From NCBI GenBank assembly GCA_963779905.1, contig CAWAAF010000009.1:32953-96952 (forward strand): a stretch of DNA of 64,000 nt. Reading direction: 5' to 3'. Every line of letters begins with the position of its first letter. The first letter of the stretch is position 1. The stretch comes from an uncultured Chloroflexia bacterium (lineage in GTDB: Bacteria; Chloroflexota; Limnocylindria; Limnocylindrales; CSP1-4). Positions 10,037 to 21,158 of the stretch are shown here, piece by piece. The position numbers and the translations under genes were made by a program. The notes under the pieces were generated by a model. It saw only the letters and a program-made list of their open reading frames with translations, was not told the DNA's origin and ran no database searches.

Positions 10037-10695
10037 TCCTCGGGCGTACCGATATCCGTGAACTCACCCTCGAATTCGAAGCCGTAAAGCCCGCGGCCAA
10101 TCAGGCCAGGAAACACTTCGCGCTCGAGCGACACCTCTCGGCCGGGCGGGATGGAGGCCAGCAGCTCGCGCTCAACAACGTAGATCCCGCCGTTGATCAG
10201 CGCCGGACCGGTCGCGCCGCCTTTCTCCGTGAAAGCCGTGACCTCGCCCTCCGGGCCCAGCTCGACCGCGCCGAACCTGCTCGCCTCGGCGACGCGCACG
10301 ACTGCCAGCGTCACGATCGCGCGCGTCCCGTCGTGCGCTCGAACCAGCGCCTCGAGCGGCACATCCAGGAACGAGTCCCCGTTCATGACCAGCCACCGGT
10401 CGCCGGTCAGCAAAGGCTCGGCCAGCTTGAGCGCGCCGCCCGTACCCAGGGGCTCGTTCTCGGCGGAGTAGATCAGCCGGATGTTGTGACCCTCGCCGCC
10501 GCGGAAATACTCGCGAATGGCGTCCTGCCGGTAGCCGACACAGAGCACCGCCTCGCGGAACCCGGCCCGCCTGACCTGCTCGAGCAGGTACTCGAGAAAC
10601 GGGCGGCCGTCGATCTCGGCCATCGCCTTCGGCAGGTCGGGGACCGATGGTCGAAGGCGCGTACCGAGGCCGCCGGCGAGTATTACCGCCTGCAT
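9985..10695 (-). CDS. hddC: Nucleotidyltransferase, likely heptose-1-phosphate guanylyltransferase (HddC-like)
   Basis: MQAVILAGGLGTRLR...PKAM, EPLGTGGA, NGDSF, INGGIY, FTDIGTPEDY; next to gmhA. Substrate inferred from context. Confidence 0.75.
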   Translation of the reverse strand: MQAVILAGGLGTRLRPSVPDLPKAMAEIDGRPFLEYLLEQVRRAGFREAVLCVGYRQDAIREYFRGGEGHNIRLIYSAENEPLGTGGALKLAEPLLTGDRWLVMNGDSFLDVPLEALVRAHDGTRAIVTLAVVRVAEASRFGAVELGPEGEVTAFTEKGGATGPALINGGIYVVERELLASIPPGREVSLEREVFPGLIGRGLYGFEFEGEFTDIGTPEDYRLATASPGRFASAPD

Positions 10696-10703
10696 GGCTT
10701 GCG

Positions 10704-12432
10704 TCAGACACAGGTGCCTGAGCCAGAGTCGGTGAACGTCTGGCCGGCGATCGGGATGAAGTTGCCAGTCGTAGCCTCCCTGTTTCAGGGTCAACTTGAG
10801 CACGCCGAAGGTGGTGGCGTCGCGCACCTCACTGTTGGGCGGCGTGGTGGTGAACGCGTAGTGGCCAACACCGCCCGTACCGACCACGAACTCGCTTGCA
10901 GCGCCGCGCGTCGGTTGCGCGTTGCCGGTTGGATCCATCGCTCCGAGCCGCTCGTAGTCGTGCGCGTGGCCGTTAATGATCAGGTCTGCCTTGTAGTCGT
11001 AGAGGGCCTGCCAGAACGGCCGGACAGAATTCATCGTTCCGTACGCAGACGAGTACAACGGCTGGTGGCAGATCGCTGCCACGCACTGCCGCGGGTTGGC
11101 CGCCAGGTCGGCGCGCAGCCACTGTTCCTGCGTTGGATCCCGCGTTGCAGGCCACCTGGCCGCAGTTGGCTGTTGAGCACGTATATCGCGCCATGACCCG
11201 AGGTCGAAGGCGTAGTAGCCCTTGCCGCTCTCGCCGGCGGCCGCACCCCAGTAATCCCAGTACGGAGTGGCGCCCGCCGCTTCGTACTCGTGGTTGCCTA
11301 TGACGGGCGCCGTGCGGTCCTTGAACATGGCCCCAACTCGGTCCATAGCAGTTAACGATGTCTGTAGCCGCGCTTCCGGAGTACGCCAGGTCGCCCGCGG
11401 CGAAGACCGTGCCGGGATGCCCTTTGATCAGGTTCGCCGTTGCCTCGTCCTTGTTACGCTGCACGTGGCAATGTCGGCCGCGCCGACAAGCGTCGCATCG
11501 GGCGGCGGTGGCGAGTGTTGAGGTTGCTGTAGCGGTCGGCGACGCCGTCGGCGTCGGTGTGGTGGGCGTTGGTGCGACGGTTGGCGTGGGAGTCGGTGCG
11601 AGCGTCGCGGTCGGCGTGGGGGCCACGGTCGGCGCTGTTGACCGGGTGGCGGTCGGTGTCGGCGTTGCGCCACCGTTGGCGATGTTGCTCACCTGCAGGT
11701 CGTCGAAGCGAACAGTGACCGGCGCGTTCGTTGCCGTACTCGACAGGTAGGCGCGCACGTCGACTCCACCGGCCGTCTGCAGCACGGCGTCGGAATCGGT
11801 CGCCGTGTAAGTTCCACGTCGAAGGCTCGGGCTGTCCGTCTCCCCATGCCCTGATGCGCAGCGTCGTCGGGTTGGCACCGGTCGCCTGCGAGCGCGAAGC
11901 CAGACGAACGCGCCGGCCGTGTGGGTGAGGCCGGCAACCTGGTCGAGACGCCGAGCGGGACTTCCGCGCCGTTGATCAGCGTGCTGGCGCCTGATGTAGA
12001 CCGAGCGGTCGGTTGAAACCACGCCTTGAGCCAGTACGCCGAACTGGCCGTCACCCTCCGGGCCGCCGTGTAGATGTACACGGGTCCGCCTGCAGCGAGC
12101 TTGTCCGTGGACACTCGGAAGATCGTCTCAACGTCGCGCACAGCACACCGCCGTGAGCGCCGCCGACCTGTTGGCCCCGGCCAGTCCGAGACGCGATCGC
12201 TCCGCTGCCTGAGTCGACCCGGAAGTCCGTAGCGGGACCTTGGAGCGTGTAACTGCCGCCACTATCGGCGGCTGCCCCAGCCGCTGGCGAGCGTGCGCGT
12301 GAACGTGTCACTCGCGACGACGGGTACCGCGCCCAGCGCAAGCGGCAGCCACAGGCCAACGACGATTACCCCGACAACCACGGCCAAGAAGCGACGCAAT
12401 CGGTCGGCCCCTCGGGCCCCACCCTCAGCCAT
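10704..12432 (-). CDS. Secreted calcineurin-like metallophosphoesterase with an N-terminal shared domain and PT linker (multiple frameshifts)
   Basis: Signal/TM; VVASDTFTRT domain; GAADIA, AGDLAY, GNHEY, HQPLY, NGHAHDYER, VVGTGG motifs over several frames. Confidence 0.75.
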
Positions 12433-12592
12433 CGCGCTCAACGATCCATCCGGCCCGCTTGCGGAGGCGCGGTTCGATACGCCGTTGGACGTTTCACGCG
12501 CGTTACGGAGAAATGGGCGTCCTACATGATCACGCAACCCCTACAGCCGGTGGACACGCGCGCTGAGCGATGCCGCTGCCTACGATGGCCGG

Positions 12593-13687
12593 GTGCCACA
12601 TGTCGCCCCACGCGTCCTGATGGTGTCTGCCAGCGCGCCGCCGATGGTGGGCGGGCTGGAGACGCACATCGGCGAGGTCGGGCCGCGGCTGGCTGCGGCG
12701 CGCTTCGATGTGACGCTGCTGACGACCGACCCAACCGGCGACCTGCCCGCAACCGAGCAACGCGACGGCGTGGAGGTCATCCGCGTCCGCTCCTGGCTGG
12801 GCGACGAGGGCATCTACGCGGCCCCCGGCCTCTACGGGGCGATCGTCGACGACGATTGGGACCTGGTTCACGTGCAGGGATACCACACGCTGGCGCCGCC
12901 GCTGGCCATGCTCGCCGCCGCTCGTGCCGACGTGCCGTTCGTCGTCACGTTTCACAGCGGCGGCTATGACCTGCCCGCCGGTGAGCAAGTGCGCTGGGCA
13001 CAGCACCTCGTGCTCCGGCCGCTGCTGCTGCGGGCCAAGAAGTTGATCGCGGTGTCTGACTGGGAGCGGCGCGAGATGCGCCGTGCTCTGCGGCTGCGCG
13101 ACAGCCGCTTCGTGACCATCCCAAATGGCGCCGCCATCGCCGCGCCTGCCGCTGAGGTCGCCGAGGACCCCTGTCTGATCGTGTCGGTCGGCCGGCTGCA
13201 CCGCTACAAGGGCCACCAGTACGCGATCGCGGCCATGCCTTACGTGCTCCAGGCGATGCCGGGCGTCCGGCTGCGCATAGTCGGGTCCGGGCCATACGAG
13301 TCGGAGCTGCGTCAACTGGCCGCCGACCTGGGGGTGGAGCACAGCGTGGAAATCGGCGGCGCCGTGGGCGATCGCGCGGCGATGGCCACTGTGCTCAAGC
13401 AGGCCGCCCTGGTCGTTCTGCTCAGCGAGTACGAGTCGCAGGGCATCGCGGCGATGGAGGCGCTCGCCCTGCAGCGGCGGCTGCTCGTGGCGAACACGAC
13501 GGCGCTGGGCGACCTCGCTGCCAAGGGCTGGGCCGCCGGTATTTCACCCCACGCTTCGCCCGACAAGATCGCGGCGGCCATGCTCCAGCAGCTGACCGCC
13601 GACCTACCGCCGGCCCTCGACCTGCCGAGCTGGGATGACTGCGCCGACAAGCTCGGGCAGCTTTATCGGTCGGTCCTCGCCGCCTGA
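12593..13687 (+). CDS. Glycosyltransferase family 4
   Basis: GGLETH, VGRLHRYKG, ESQGIAAMEALA. Confidence 0.9.
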   Translation: MPHVAPRVLMVSASAPPMVGGLETHIGEVGPRLAAARFDVTLLTTDPTGDLPATEQRDGVEVIRVRSWLGDEGIYAAPGLYGAIVDDDWDLVHVQGYHTLAPPLAMLAAARADVPFVVTFHSGGYDLPAGEQVRWAQHLVLRPLLLRAKKLIAVSDWERREMRRALRLRDSRFVTIPNGAAIAAPAAEVAEDPCLIVSVGRLHRYKGHQYAIAAMPYVLQAMPGVRLRIVGSGPYESELRQLAADLGVEHSVEIGGAVGDRAAMATVLKQAALVVLLSEYESQGIAAMEALALQRRLLVANTTALGDLAAKGWAAGISPHASPDKIAAAMLQQLTADLPPALDLPSWDDCADKLGQLYRSVLAA

Positions 13688-14912
13688 TGCGCGTGCTGAT
13701 GCTGACCGACCTTTACCCGCCGTTCATCGGCGGCATCGAACAGCACGTGCGCAACCTGTCGCACGGTCTGGTGGAGCGTGGTCACGAGGTGACCGTGGCG
13801 ACGATGTCTGTCGATGGGCAGCCGGCAAGCAGGACGACGAAGGCGTCCGTGTCGTCCGACTGCGCGGCTCGGCCCAACGACTGGAGTCGTACACGTCGCC
13901 GGCGGGCAGTCCCCATGCGCCGCCGTTCCCAGATCCGGAGGTAGTGGCTGGGCTGCGCGACGAGATAAGGCGCTGCCCGCCCGACGTCGTCCACGGTCAC
14001 AACTGGATGCTCCGGTCGTTCATGCCGCTCAAGCGCGGCAGTCGAGCCAGCCTCGTTTACACGCTGCACGACTATGGCGTCGTGTGCGCCAAGCGCAGCT
14101 TCGTGTACCACGGCCTGCCGTGCAGCGGACCCGGGCCGTTGAAGTGCCTGGAGTGCGCGGGGCGCAACTACGGCGCGGCGCGCGGCGCCGCGATCGCCAC
14201 CGGTAACTGGCTGATGCGGCCGGCCGAGCGATCGGTAGTCGACATGTTCATGCCCGTCAGCAGCGCCGTGGCGCGCGGCAATGAGCTGGTCGAGCAGGCG
14301 TTGCCGCACGAGGTCGTGCCGAATTTCGTGCCGGACGACGTGGCGGAGAGATCTGACCCGACCGACCCGGCGGTGGCCGCCCTGCCCAACCTGCCCTTCT
14401 GGCTCTTCGTGGGCGCACTGTCACGCCACAAGGGTCTGCACACGCTGCTCGCCGCGTACCGCTCGATGGCCGCTGCGCCGCCGCTGGTCGTCATCGGCGC
14501 TCAGTGGGCGGATACACCAACCGAGTTCCCGGCCAACGTCACGGTGCTGCGCAACATCCCGCACGCGGCGGTCATGGCGGCGTGGCGCAGGGCGTCGCTG
14601 GCCATCATTCCGTCGATCTTTCCAGACCCCTGCCCCACCGTCGCCATGGAGGCCATGGCCTGCGGCCTGCCCATCGTGGCTTCCGATGTGGGCGGCCTGA
14701 CCGACCTGGTCGACGACGGCCGAACTGGCCTGCTGGTCCCACCGGCCGACGTGCGCGCGCTGCGCACCGCGTTGGCGGCGATGGCCAATAAGCCCGATGT
14801 GGCGAAGCAGATGGGTGACGCCGGCCGGCAGAAAGTCCGCGCGTTCATGGCCAGCGCGGTGGTCGGGCGCATCGAAGGCATCTACGCCCGCGCCGTGGAG
14901 GCCAGGGCATGA
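13687..14912 (+). CDS. Glycosyltransferase family 4 (frameshift ~13830)
   Basis: MRVLMLTDLYPPFIGGIEQHV then VGALSRHKG, DPCPTVAMEAMACGLPIVASDVGG. Confidence 0.9.
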
Positions 14913-15682
14913 GGCAATTGCCCCACGCGCCCCTGCTCTTGATCGTGGCGGTCGTCGCGATCGCCAACGTGGTCGCCGTTGGGCTGAACCTGCCACCCAT
15001 CATCCGCGCGCCGCTGGCGATACCGCTCGTGCTGTACCTGCCGGGCTACACGCTTGCCCTCGCTCTGTTGCCGCCGGCGGCGCTGTCACGTGTCGAGTTC
15101 CTGCTGGTGTCGGTCACGCTCAGCATCGCCGTCAGCGCACTCGGCGGCCTCCTTCTGGGACTGACGCCGAACGGGCTCAATCCGCTTTCGTGGACGCTCA
15201 TGCTGAGCGCCGTCGCCATTGCCGGCGCGCTCGTGGCCTCGCGCCGATCCGCCGCAGATGCTTCGACGGACGACCGCCGGTCGGGCTGGCCCAGGCCGGG
15301 AAGAGTCGAAGTGGCCGTCCTGGTCGTGGCCACGCTCGCGGTTGCTGCCATCCTGACCGGCACGACGGTCATTGCCAGCCGCATGGTGGCGCCGCCACCG
15401 GCGCAGCTGTGGATGCTGCCCGTCGACGGCCAGCCAAACGAGGCGCAACTGGGCATGCGGGCGGGCACGCCCGGCGGTCAGTACGTGATCAAGCTCACGT
15501 CGAGCGGCACGCCGATCGCCGAATACCCGGTCACGCTCGGCGACGGCGAGCAGTGGCAGACGACGGTGACGTTCGATCCGGCCGACCGGACCAAACCGAT
15601 AGTTGCCCGGCTCTACGAAGGCGACTCGGCCACCGACATCCGGTTCGTCATCCTCGCTCCGGCGGCGTCCGGTGGCGGTTGA
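14909..15682 (+). CDS. DUF1616-like membrane protein
   Basis: LVLYLPGYTLALAL, ~4 TMs plus C-terminal beta domain; in operon with GTs. Confidence 0.65.
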   Translation: MRQLPHAPLLLIVAVVAIANVVAVGLNLPPIIRAPLAIPLVLYLPGYTLALALLPPAALSRVEFLLVSVTLSIAVSALGGLLLGLTPNGLNPLSWTLMLSAVAIAGALVASRRSAADASTDDRRSGWPRPGRVEVAVLVVATLAVAAILTGTTVIASRMVAPPPAQLWMLPVDGQPNEAQLGMRAGTPGGQYVIKLTSSGTPIAEYPVTLGDGEQWQTTVTFDPADRTKPIVARLYEGDSATDIRFVILAPAASGGG

Positions 15683-16277
15683 AGTACGCCGCGCACAGCG
15701 GATCTTCGTGATCGGCGGCGTGGGCAGCGGCAAGACGACATTCGCCAATCGGCTGGCGACAATTTCCGGGCTGCCTGTACATCACCTCGACGAGCTGACC
15801 GCCGAGCCAGCCCGGCGCGAAGCGTGCGTGGCCGCCATCCTCGCCAGCGGCGGCTGGATCGTCGAAGGTGTCCACCTCGGCTGGACAGACGACCTGCTCG
15901 ACGCCGCGGAGGCGCTCGTGTGGCTGGATCACCGCCGGTGGTGGCAGAACAGCGCGCTGGTGGTCAGGCGATTTGTGCGTGAGGCGCTCGTCGAAGTCGG
16001 GCGGCAGAAAGGGCTGAAGAAGTTCACCCGTTTCGGCGACTACGCACACCACCTCAAGGAGCTCGCGCTGGCGATCCCTGACGCGCGCCACCAGGAGCAC
16101 GGCGCTTCGGCCGGTTCGGTTGGGACGCCGACGAGATCAGAGATCGCGCGGCGCCTGGCCACGGTGCATGGCAAGGTGATTCACTGCCGCACGTCGCGCG
16201 AGGTCCGGGCGATCCTCGATGAATATCAGGACCAGACCGCGGTCAGGTCGCGCCCGATCAGCGCGCCCAGGCGCTGA
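15672..16277 (+). CDS. P-loop kinase (adenylate kinase/FlaR-like)
   Basis: RIFVIGGVGSGKTT...HHLDEL...WIVEG...VWLD. Confidence 0.7.
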   Translation: MAVEVRRAQRIFVIGGVGSGKTTFANRLATISGLPVHHLDELTAEPARREACVAAILASGGWIVEGVHLGWTDDLLDAAEALVWLDHRRWWQNSALVVRRFVREALVEVGRQKGLKKFTRFGDYAHHLKELALAIPDARHQEHGASAGSVGTPTRSEIARRLATVHGKVIHCRTSREVRAILDEYQDQTAVRSRPISAPRR

Positions 16278-17188
16278 ACGTCGGGCTGCAGCTCTTCGCG
16301 CAGGCTGGCCGCAACTCTGGGGTCCAGCGGCGGGCGCTTCTCGTCGCGCGTGTTGATGGAGTCCCAGATCCTGCCCACGTAAGGCCGGACGCGGCGAGGG
16401 AAAACGATCCGGGCCGCCCGGATGACGTGTGGGGAGAGCAGCAGCTGCTGGAGGCGCCAACTCCGGCGCGCTGCGGATGCGTTGACGACGTTGAAGTCGG
16501 GCTCAAAGCCGGGGTCGACGCCCAGGAACTCGAGGGTTTGGCGGTAAGCCGCAGCCGGGTCGGCGCGGAAGTCTTCGAAGATGATGATCTGGACGCGGTC
16601 TCGGCCGAAGACGTCGAGGTAGCGCTTCACCTGGTCGTGATAGCGCCCTACATCCCGATAGAACAGGGCGGTGACGTTGCGCGCCTTGGGCGAGATGCGG
16701 CGGCCGTGCTTGCGGTCCTCCTCGGCGGCGAGCGCTTCACCGAAGTCGGCGAGATCCTCAGACCCGCCGTAGTGGCGCCGGCCGTGGAGCGAGTAGAGCA
16801 TCTCGACCGGGTCGCGCAGCATGATGATGATCCGCGCCTCGGGGTTGGCCGCCTTGATGTTGCGGGCGGCGTCCTTGGAGTACAGGTGCCAGGTCGAGGC
16901 TTCGCCGGTCAGTTGGTCGGGCCTCGCGCCGTCGAACAGTGCCATGTAGGTCTGTCGGTCGCGCATGAAGCTGAGCGAGTCGAGGTAGCTGCCCGAATCG
17001 AGGTCGGTCGCGAAGTGTTGCGGCTCCTTGATCGGCGACATGTAGATCTGCGGGTGCTGATCGAGGTACTCGTACATGAATGTCGTGCCGCAACGCGGGG
17101 CGCCCACGATCAGGAAATCCGGAAGCAGGCGCAGCGCCGCGGCATCGACTTTTGCAGCGGGCACGGTACGGCGGGCTTCGACAGCCAT
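16226..17188 (-). CDS. PAPS-dependent sulfotransferase
   Basis: PDFLIVGAPRCGTT (5'-PSB), QHPQI..SPIKEPQHF, GEAST, IIMLRDPVE..YS (3'-PB); start could be 17245 or 17254. Confidence 0.9.
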   Translation of the reverse strand: MAVEARRTVPAAKVDAAALRLLPDFLIVGAPRCGTTFMYEYLDQHPQIYMSPIKEPQHFATDLDSGSYLDSLSFMRDRQTYMALFDGARPDQLTGEASTWHLYSKDAARNIKAANPEARIIIMLRDPVEMLYSLHGRRHYGGSEDLADFGEALAAEEDRKHGRRISPKARNVTALFYRDVGRYHDQVKRYLDVFGRDRVQIIIFEDFRADPAAAYRQTLEFLGVDPGFEPDFNVVNASAARRSWRLQQLLLSPHVIRAARIVFPRRVRPYVGRIWDSINTRDEKRPPLDPRVAASLREELQPDVQRLGALIGRDLTAVWS

Positions 17189-17261
17189 ACGCCGCAGTAT
17201 GGCTACGGCCCGTTCAAGGATGGTTCCGAAACGGGTCCCGCCCATATTCTTCATCGATCAC

Positions 17262-18014
17262 ATGAGTCAGCAAGTGCGCCAGAGCATGCCCGGCGCTCGC
17301 AAGTCGGCTGGATTGGCGGTCGGCCGCGGCCTGCTCCCCTCGCCTGAGGAATGGGCCACGCGCAACCGCATCCTCGCCGCGACGCTCGCCGCGCTGATCA
17401 ACGAGCACGCGCCGCACTCGACGGATCGGGCCATCGATGTCGGCAGCCAGTGGGGCGTGCTGCTCGAGAGCCTCGCCCGCCAGACTACGTTTCGCTGGTG
17501 GGGTGCCGACCCACTGGTGATGCGCCACCTGTCTCGCGGCGGCCACGAGCTCGTACCGGGCGTCGCCGACGATCTGCCCTTCGCGGATTGCGTCTTCGAC
17601 TGCGCGGTTCTGGCCAACGTCTACGAGCACATCGATCCGGCCCGGCGTGACGCCTCCCTCGCGGAGATCAGGCGCGTGCTCGTGCCCGGCGGCGTGCTCG
17701 TGGGCCAGCTGCCCAACCCGCACTTCCCGATCGAGTCGCACAGCAAGCTGCCCATGATGGGCTGGTTGCCGCCGGCGGTGCAGGACAAGTACTGGAGCAT
17801 CTCGCCGTCCCGCCGGGGTATCGGCTTTCATTCGGTGATGGTCGGCGACCTGCGCCGGCGGGCCGTGGCGGCCGGTTTCGAACCGGTCGTCATCCGGCCT
17901 TTCAACTATCCGCCCGAGGCAGCGCCCCAATCGATCCGCTGGCTGGTGCGCATGGCGCACATCCCGATGCGAGTTGTCCCCTGGTCGTGGCAGTTCGTAC
18001 TGCGCAGGCGCTGA
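17262..18014 (+). CDS. Class I SAM-dependent methyltransferase
   Basis: AIDVGSQWG, LPFADCVFD, VYEHI, EIRRVLVPGG. Confidence 0.85.
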   Translation: MSQQVRQSMPGARKSAGLAVGRGLLPSPEEWATRNRILAATLAALINEHAPHSTDRAIDVGSQWGVLLESLARQTTFRWWGADPLVMRHLSRGGHELVPGVADDLPFADCVFDCAVLANVYEHIDPARRDASLAEIRRVLVPGGVLVGQLPNPHFPIESHSKLPMMGWLPPAVQDKYWSISPSRRGIGFHSVMVGDLRRRAVAAGFEPVVIRPFNYPPEAAPQSIRWLVRMAHIPMRVVPWSWQFVLRRR

Positions 18015-20854
18015 TCAGGGCAGGTAGACGGCCGCTCCCAGGTCACCGCCCCAGCTGGCAGCGTCGATCGCCGGCGAGCCGGCCTGCAGGCGGAAGTCGC
18101 CGCTGCCTGACGACACGAACAGCGGATTGACCTGCCACTGGTCGTGCATGCCAAAGCCCGTCTGGGCGCGCCAGTTGGCGAGGCCGGTCGAGTTCAGCGC
18201 GTACACGTTCCGTTGGGTGCCACGGCTGCCGGGTCGGTGCCACCGTTAGGCCGCCAGAGCAGGTTGTAGTCGTTCACGTGATTGGCCGGGAATGAGCCGA
18301 TGGTCGTGTAGTCGTAGGCGCGCGAGTCGACGGTCGTGACCATGATGTTGTCGAGAATGGTCATGTCCTCCGTCGTGCCGCCGTAGGAGCCACCGCTGCG
18401 GAAGCGCAGGCCGCCACGGTTGGATCCACTGCCAACGGCCGGGCCGTTGGTGATGAAGAACGTGTTCTGGCGGATCACCCAGTCCGGGCTGGCGCGCAGC
18501 AGCATCCACGCCGCGGTTGGCCCATGGGTGGGGTCGATTGGGCTGGCGTTGTTGTAGTCGATATGGCCCCACACGTAGTTGCGGTAGACGATCATGCCGC
18601 CGTTGGTGTTGCCGGCGCCGAGCTGGCCGCTGTCGGTGCCCGACTCGATCCAGGCGTGGTTGTCGTGGAAGTTGTTCCAGGCCACGACATTCCAGCTGTT
18701 CGCCTTCATGGCGTAGGGATCCGTCCCCGTGCCGTCGATGTTGTAGTCAACCGAGCCAAGGCGGTCGTCGTAGTTGTGGTCCACCTGGGTGCCCCACACG
18801 GCGACGTTACGTGTGCCCTTGGCCAGGGCCATCGCTTCACCGCCCACGTCGCCGTTGGGCGGGTTGCCCAGGCCGCGCGTGTTCTCGTCGTTGTTGTGCA
18901 GCCAGCTTGACTCGATGCCGAACTGGGTGACGGCCGGTGCGCCCGCGCCGAAGCCATACTCCAGCCCAAAGCTGGTCAGCAGCGGGCCGGTTGGGTAGGC
19001 GTAGCCGCCCAGGCTGACGGTGTTGCCGTTGATGGCGGTCACGACCCGAGGCTGGCTGGTGGGACCCGAGCCGATGCGCAGCATGTCGCCCACGGCGATG
19101 CCGGCAGTGGTGCTCAGGACGACGCTCGTCGCGCCCTTGGCCGCGGCGGACGCGAGGGTCGTGCTAACGCGTGAGCCGTCGACACCTTCGATGCGAACGC
19201 CAGTGGCGGTGCCCATGACCTCGACGTCGCGAGCGTGGCAGCCCTGGACCTGCTTGAACATGATGCCGTTGCCCATCCAATGCTGGACGGTCACGCCTTC
19301 GACGAGACAGTTGTTGGCACTCGTTGGGCCGGGGTTGGCACTGCCCGTGCGGATCACGAAGGCGAGGGCGCTGGTGTCTTCGGCGCCTGCGTTCTCTTGC
19401 TTGGCGTCAGCCGGCCAGCCCGAACCGGGCGTGTCGCGGAAGATCAGCGCGGCGCCCGCGCCGCGCGTGACGACAACGCCCTTGGGGTCGATGAAGAGCC
19501 ACAGGAACGAAGTGGCCGTGTTGATGCGGTCGACGCCTGTGCCGTGCAGCACCTGGAAGATCGCCGTGGCGCCTGGAACCACGGTGAAGGTCACGCGCTT
19601 CGACTCGTTGTAACCGTTCTGGTTGATCTTGCTGGTCAGGCCGGCGTCGGCGCCGGTCCACGTGCCGTTCTCGATCATGATGGTGCTGCCATCGACGACG
19701 GCGGCATCGTGGTAGGCGCGCTGCGGCGTCTTCCAGGGCGTGGATGAACTCCTCGCCTGGGCAGCCGTGCGCGAGTCGTCGCCGGTCGGCGAGATGTAGA
19801 AGACGTCACCCGTGGGGGGCGCGATGGGAGGCGTTGACGTAGGCGTGGGCGACGGCTTGGGCGTGGGGGTGGGCGCTACGGTCGGCGTTGGGGTGGGCGC
19901 TACCGTCGGCGTTGGGGTTGGCGTTGGCGCGCGCGTTGGCGTCGCGGTGGGGGCAACGGTAGGCGTGGCCGTGGCCGGCGGAGTCGGGGTTGGAGTCGGC
20001 GCCACGGTGGGGGTTGGGCTTGGTGAAGGCGTTGCAGTGGGCGTGGGCGTGGGCGTAGGGTCGGGCGGATCCGCCGACAGATCGGTGACCGTCAGGTCGT
20101 CGTAGGTGAAGGTAACCGGCGCGTTCGACGTGTTGTTGGGCAGGAAGGCGCCCAGACCAATGTCGCCGGCCTGCGCCAGCGACGCTGTGCTATCGGTAGC
20201 CGTCACGAACCATCCTGACGGCTCGGTTGTGCCAGATGGCCAAGTCTTGGCCCGCAGCGTAGCCGGTGAGCTGCCGGTGATGCGAAGGCGAACCTGCATC
20301 GACGCTCCAGCCTGCCGCTTGAGGCCGGGCACGGTCGTCCTCGAGACGAGCTGGCTCACATTGCCGTTGACGACGCGGGCCAGGTCAAGACCGACACTGC
20401 CGTCGTTGCCGAAGAAGACGCGACTGCGGTATTCGTTGCCGGTTGATACGCGTCGAGCGCTAAGGACGATGCGCTGGCCGCCGCCGGTGGCGTCCTTGTC
20501 GCTGGCCACCCGGAACGTCATGTCGACGTCCTTGACCTCGACCGCCGCCAGCACCGCCGTGGCTGAAGCGCCTTTCCTGCTCAGGACGAGCCGGCCAGTG
20601 CCGTTCACGCTCGCGCTGGAGTTGTCGTCGGAAACGGAGTACGAGCCGCCTACGGCGGCAGCGCCCCAACCGGATGAAACGATTCGGCTGAAGGAATCGG
20701 AGACGACGGTGGCCGTCGTCGTGGTGGTAGTCGCGGTCGCTGCAGTGGCGAGCGTGGGCACCACGCTGGCTGCACCTGCCCAGACCACGGCGCCTGCCAG
20801 AGCCATGATGCCGATGGCGTTGGCGACGCGTCTGCCGCCCCACTTCCGATCCAT
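18015..20854 (-). CDS. Large secreted protein: shared domain, PT linker, right-handed beta-helix (frameshift ~18210)
   Basis: Signal peptide; VVSDSFSR domain; FYISPTGDD...PWKT (DUF1565-like); Asn-rich beta-helix repeats; C-terminal NPLFV...DFRLQAGSPAID. Confidence 0.75.
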
Positions 20855-20959
20855 CGTTCCCCCCTGCGCCCATCGGCGCGATCCAGCAGGGGCAGGAACG
20901 GGAAATGGCGGCGCCGCCAGCCGATCGCTGCACGGAGCGACGGCGGGCGAACTCCGACG

Positions 20960-21040
20960 ATTTCGGCGGCCCGGCCACCTGCGTTAACAGGTCCTCGGCT
21001 TTGCGTCCCCGCCTCACGACGGGTTTGCCTTTTTCGCTTC
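20960..21040 (-). promoter_or_regulatory. c-di-GMP-I (GEMM) riboswitch
   Basis: - strand AAAAAGGCAAACCCGTC-GTGA-GGCGGGGACGCAAAGCCGAGGACCTGTTAACGCAGGTGGCCGGGCCGCCGAA: hallmark GGCAAAC...GGGACGCAAAGC core with GNRA-capped P2, ~110 nt upstream of the 20854 start. Confidence 0.88.
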
Positions 21041-21158
21041 GTCACATGGACGTTTAGCAACGCCCAGACTGCCTGTCAGGGGCGCCCGCCGGGTATCAAA
21101 CGAAGGTCACCGTCGGCCGGTACGGGAGGTTTGGGTGGTCCTCGGCGGTGCGGTGCGG

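Noticed and set aside
9985-11346. Apparent phosphoesterase-nucleotidyltransferase fusion ORF
   Set aside because: Frameshift artefact: the phosphoesterase ends with its own stop at 10704 (as its paralogue ends GSTNCH*), and the transferase has its own ATG at 10695.
19810-20070. Short tandem repeats (also ~6400-6600, 7530-7730, 11530-11670, 50470-50580)
   Set aside because: Degenerate codons for Pro/Thr/Ala protein linkers, not independent DNA repeats.
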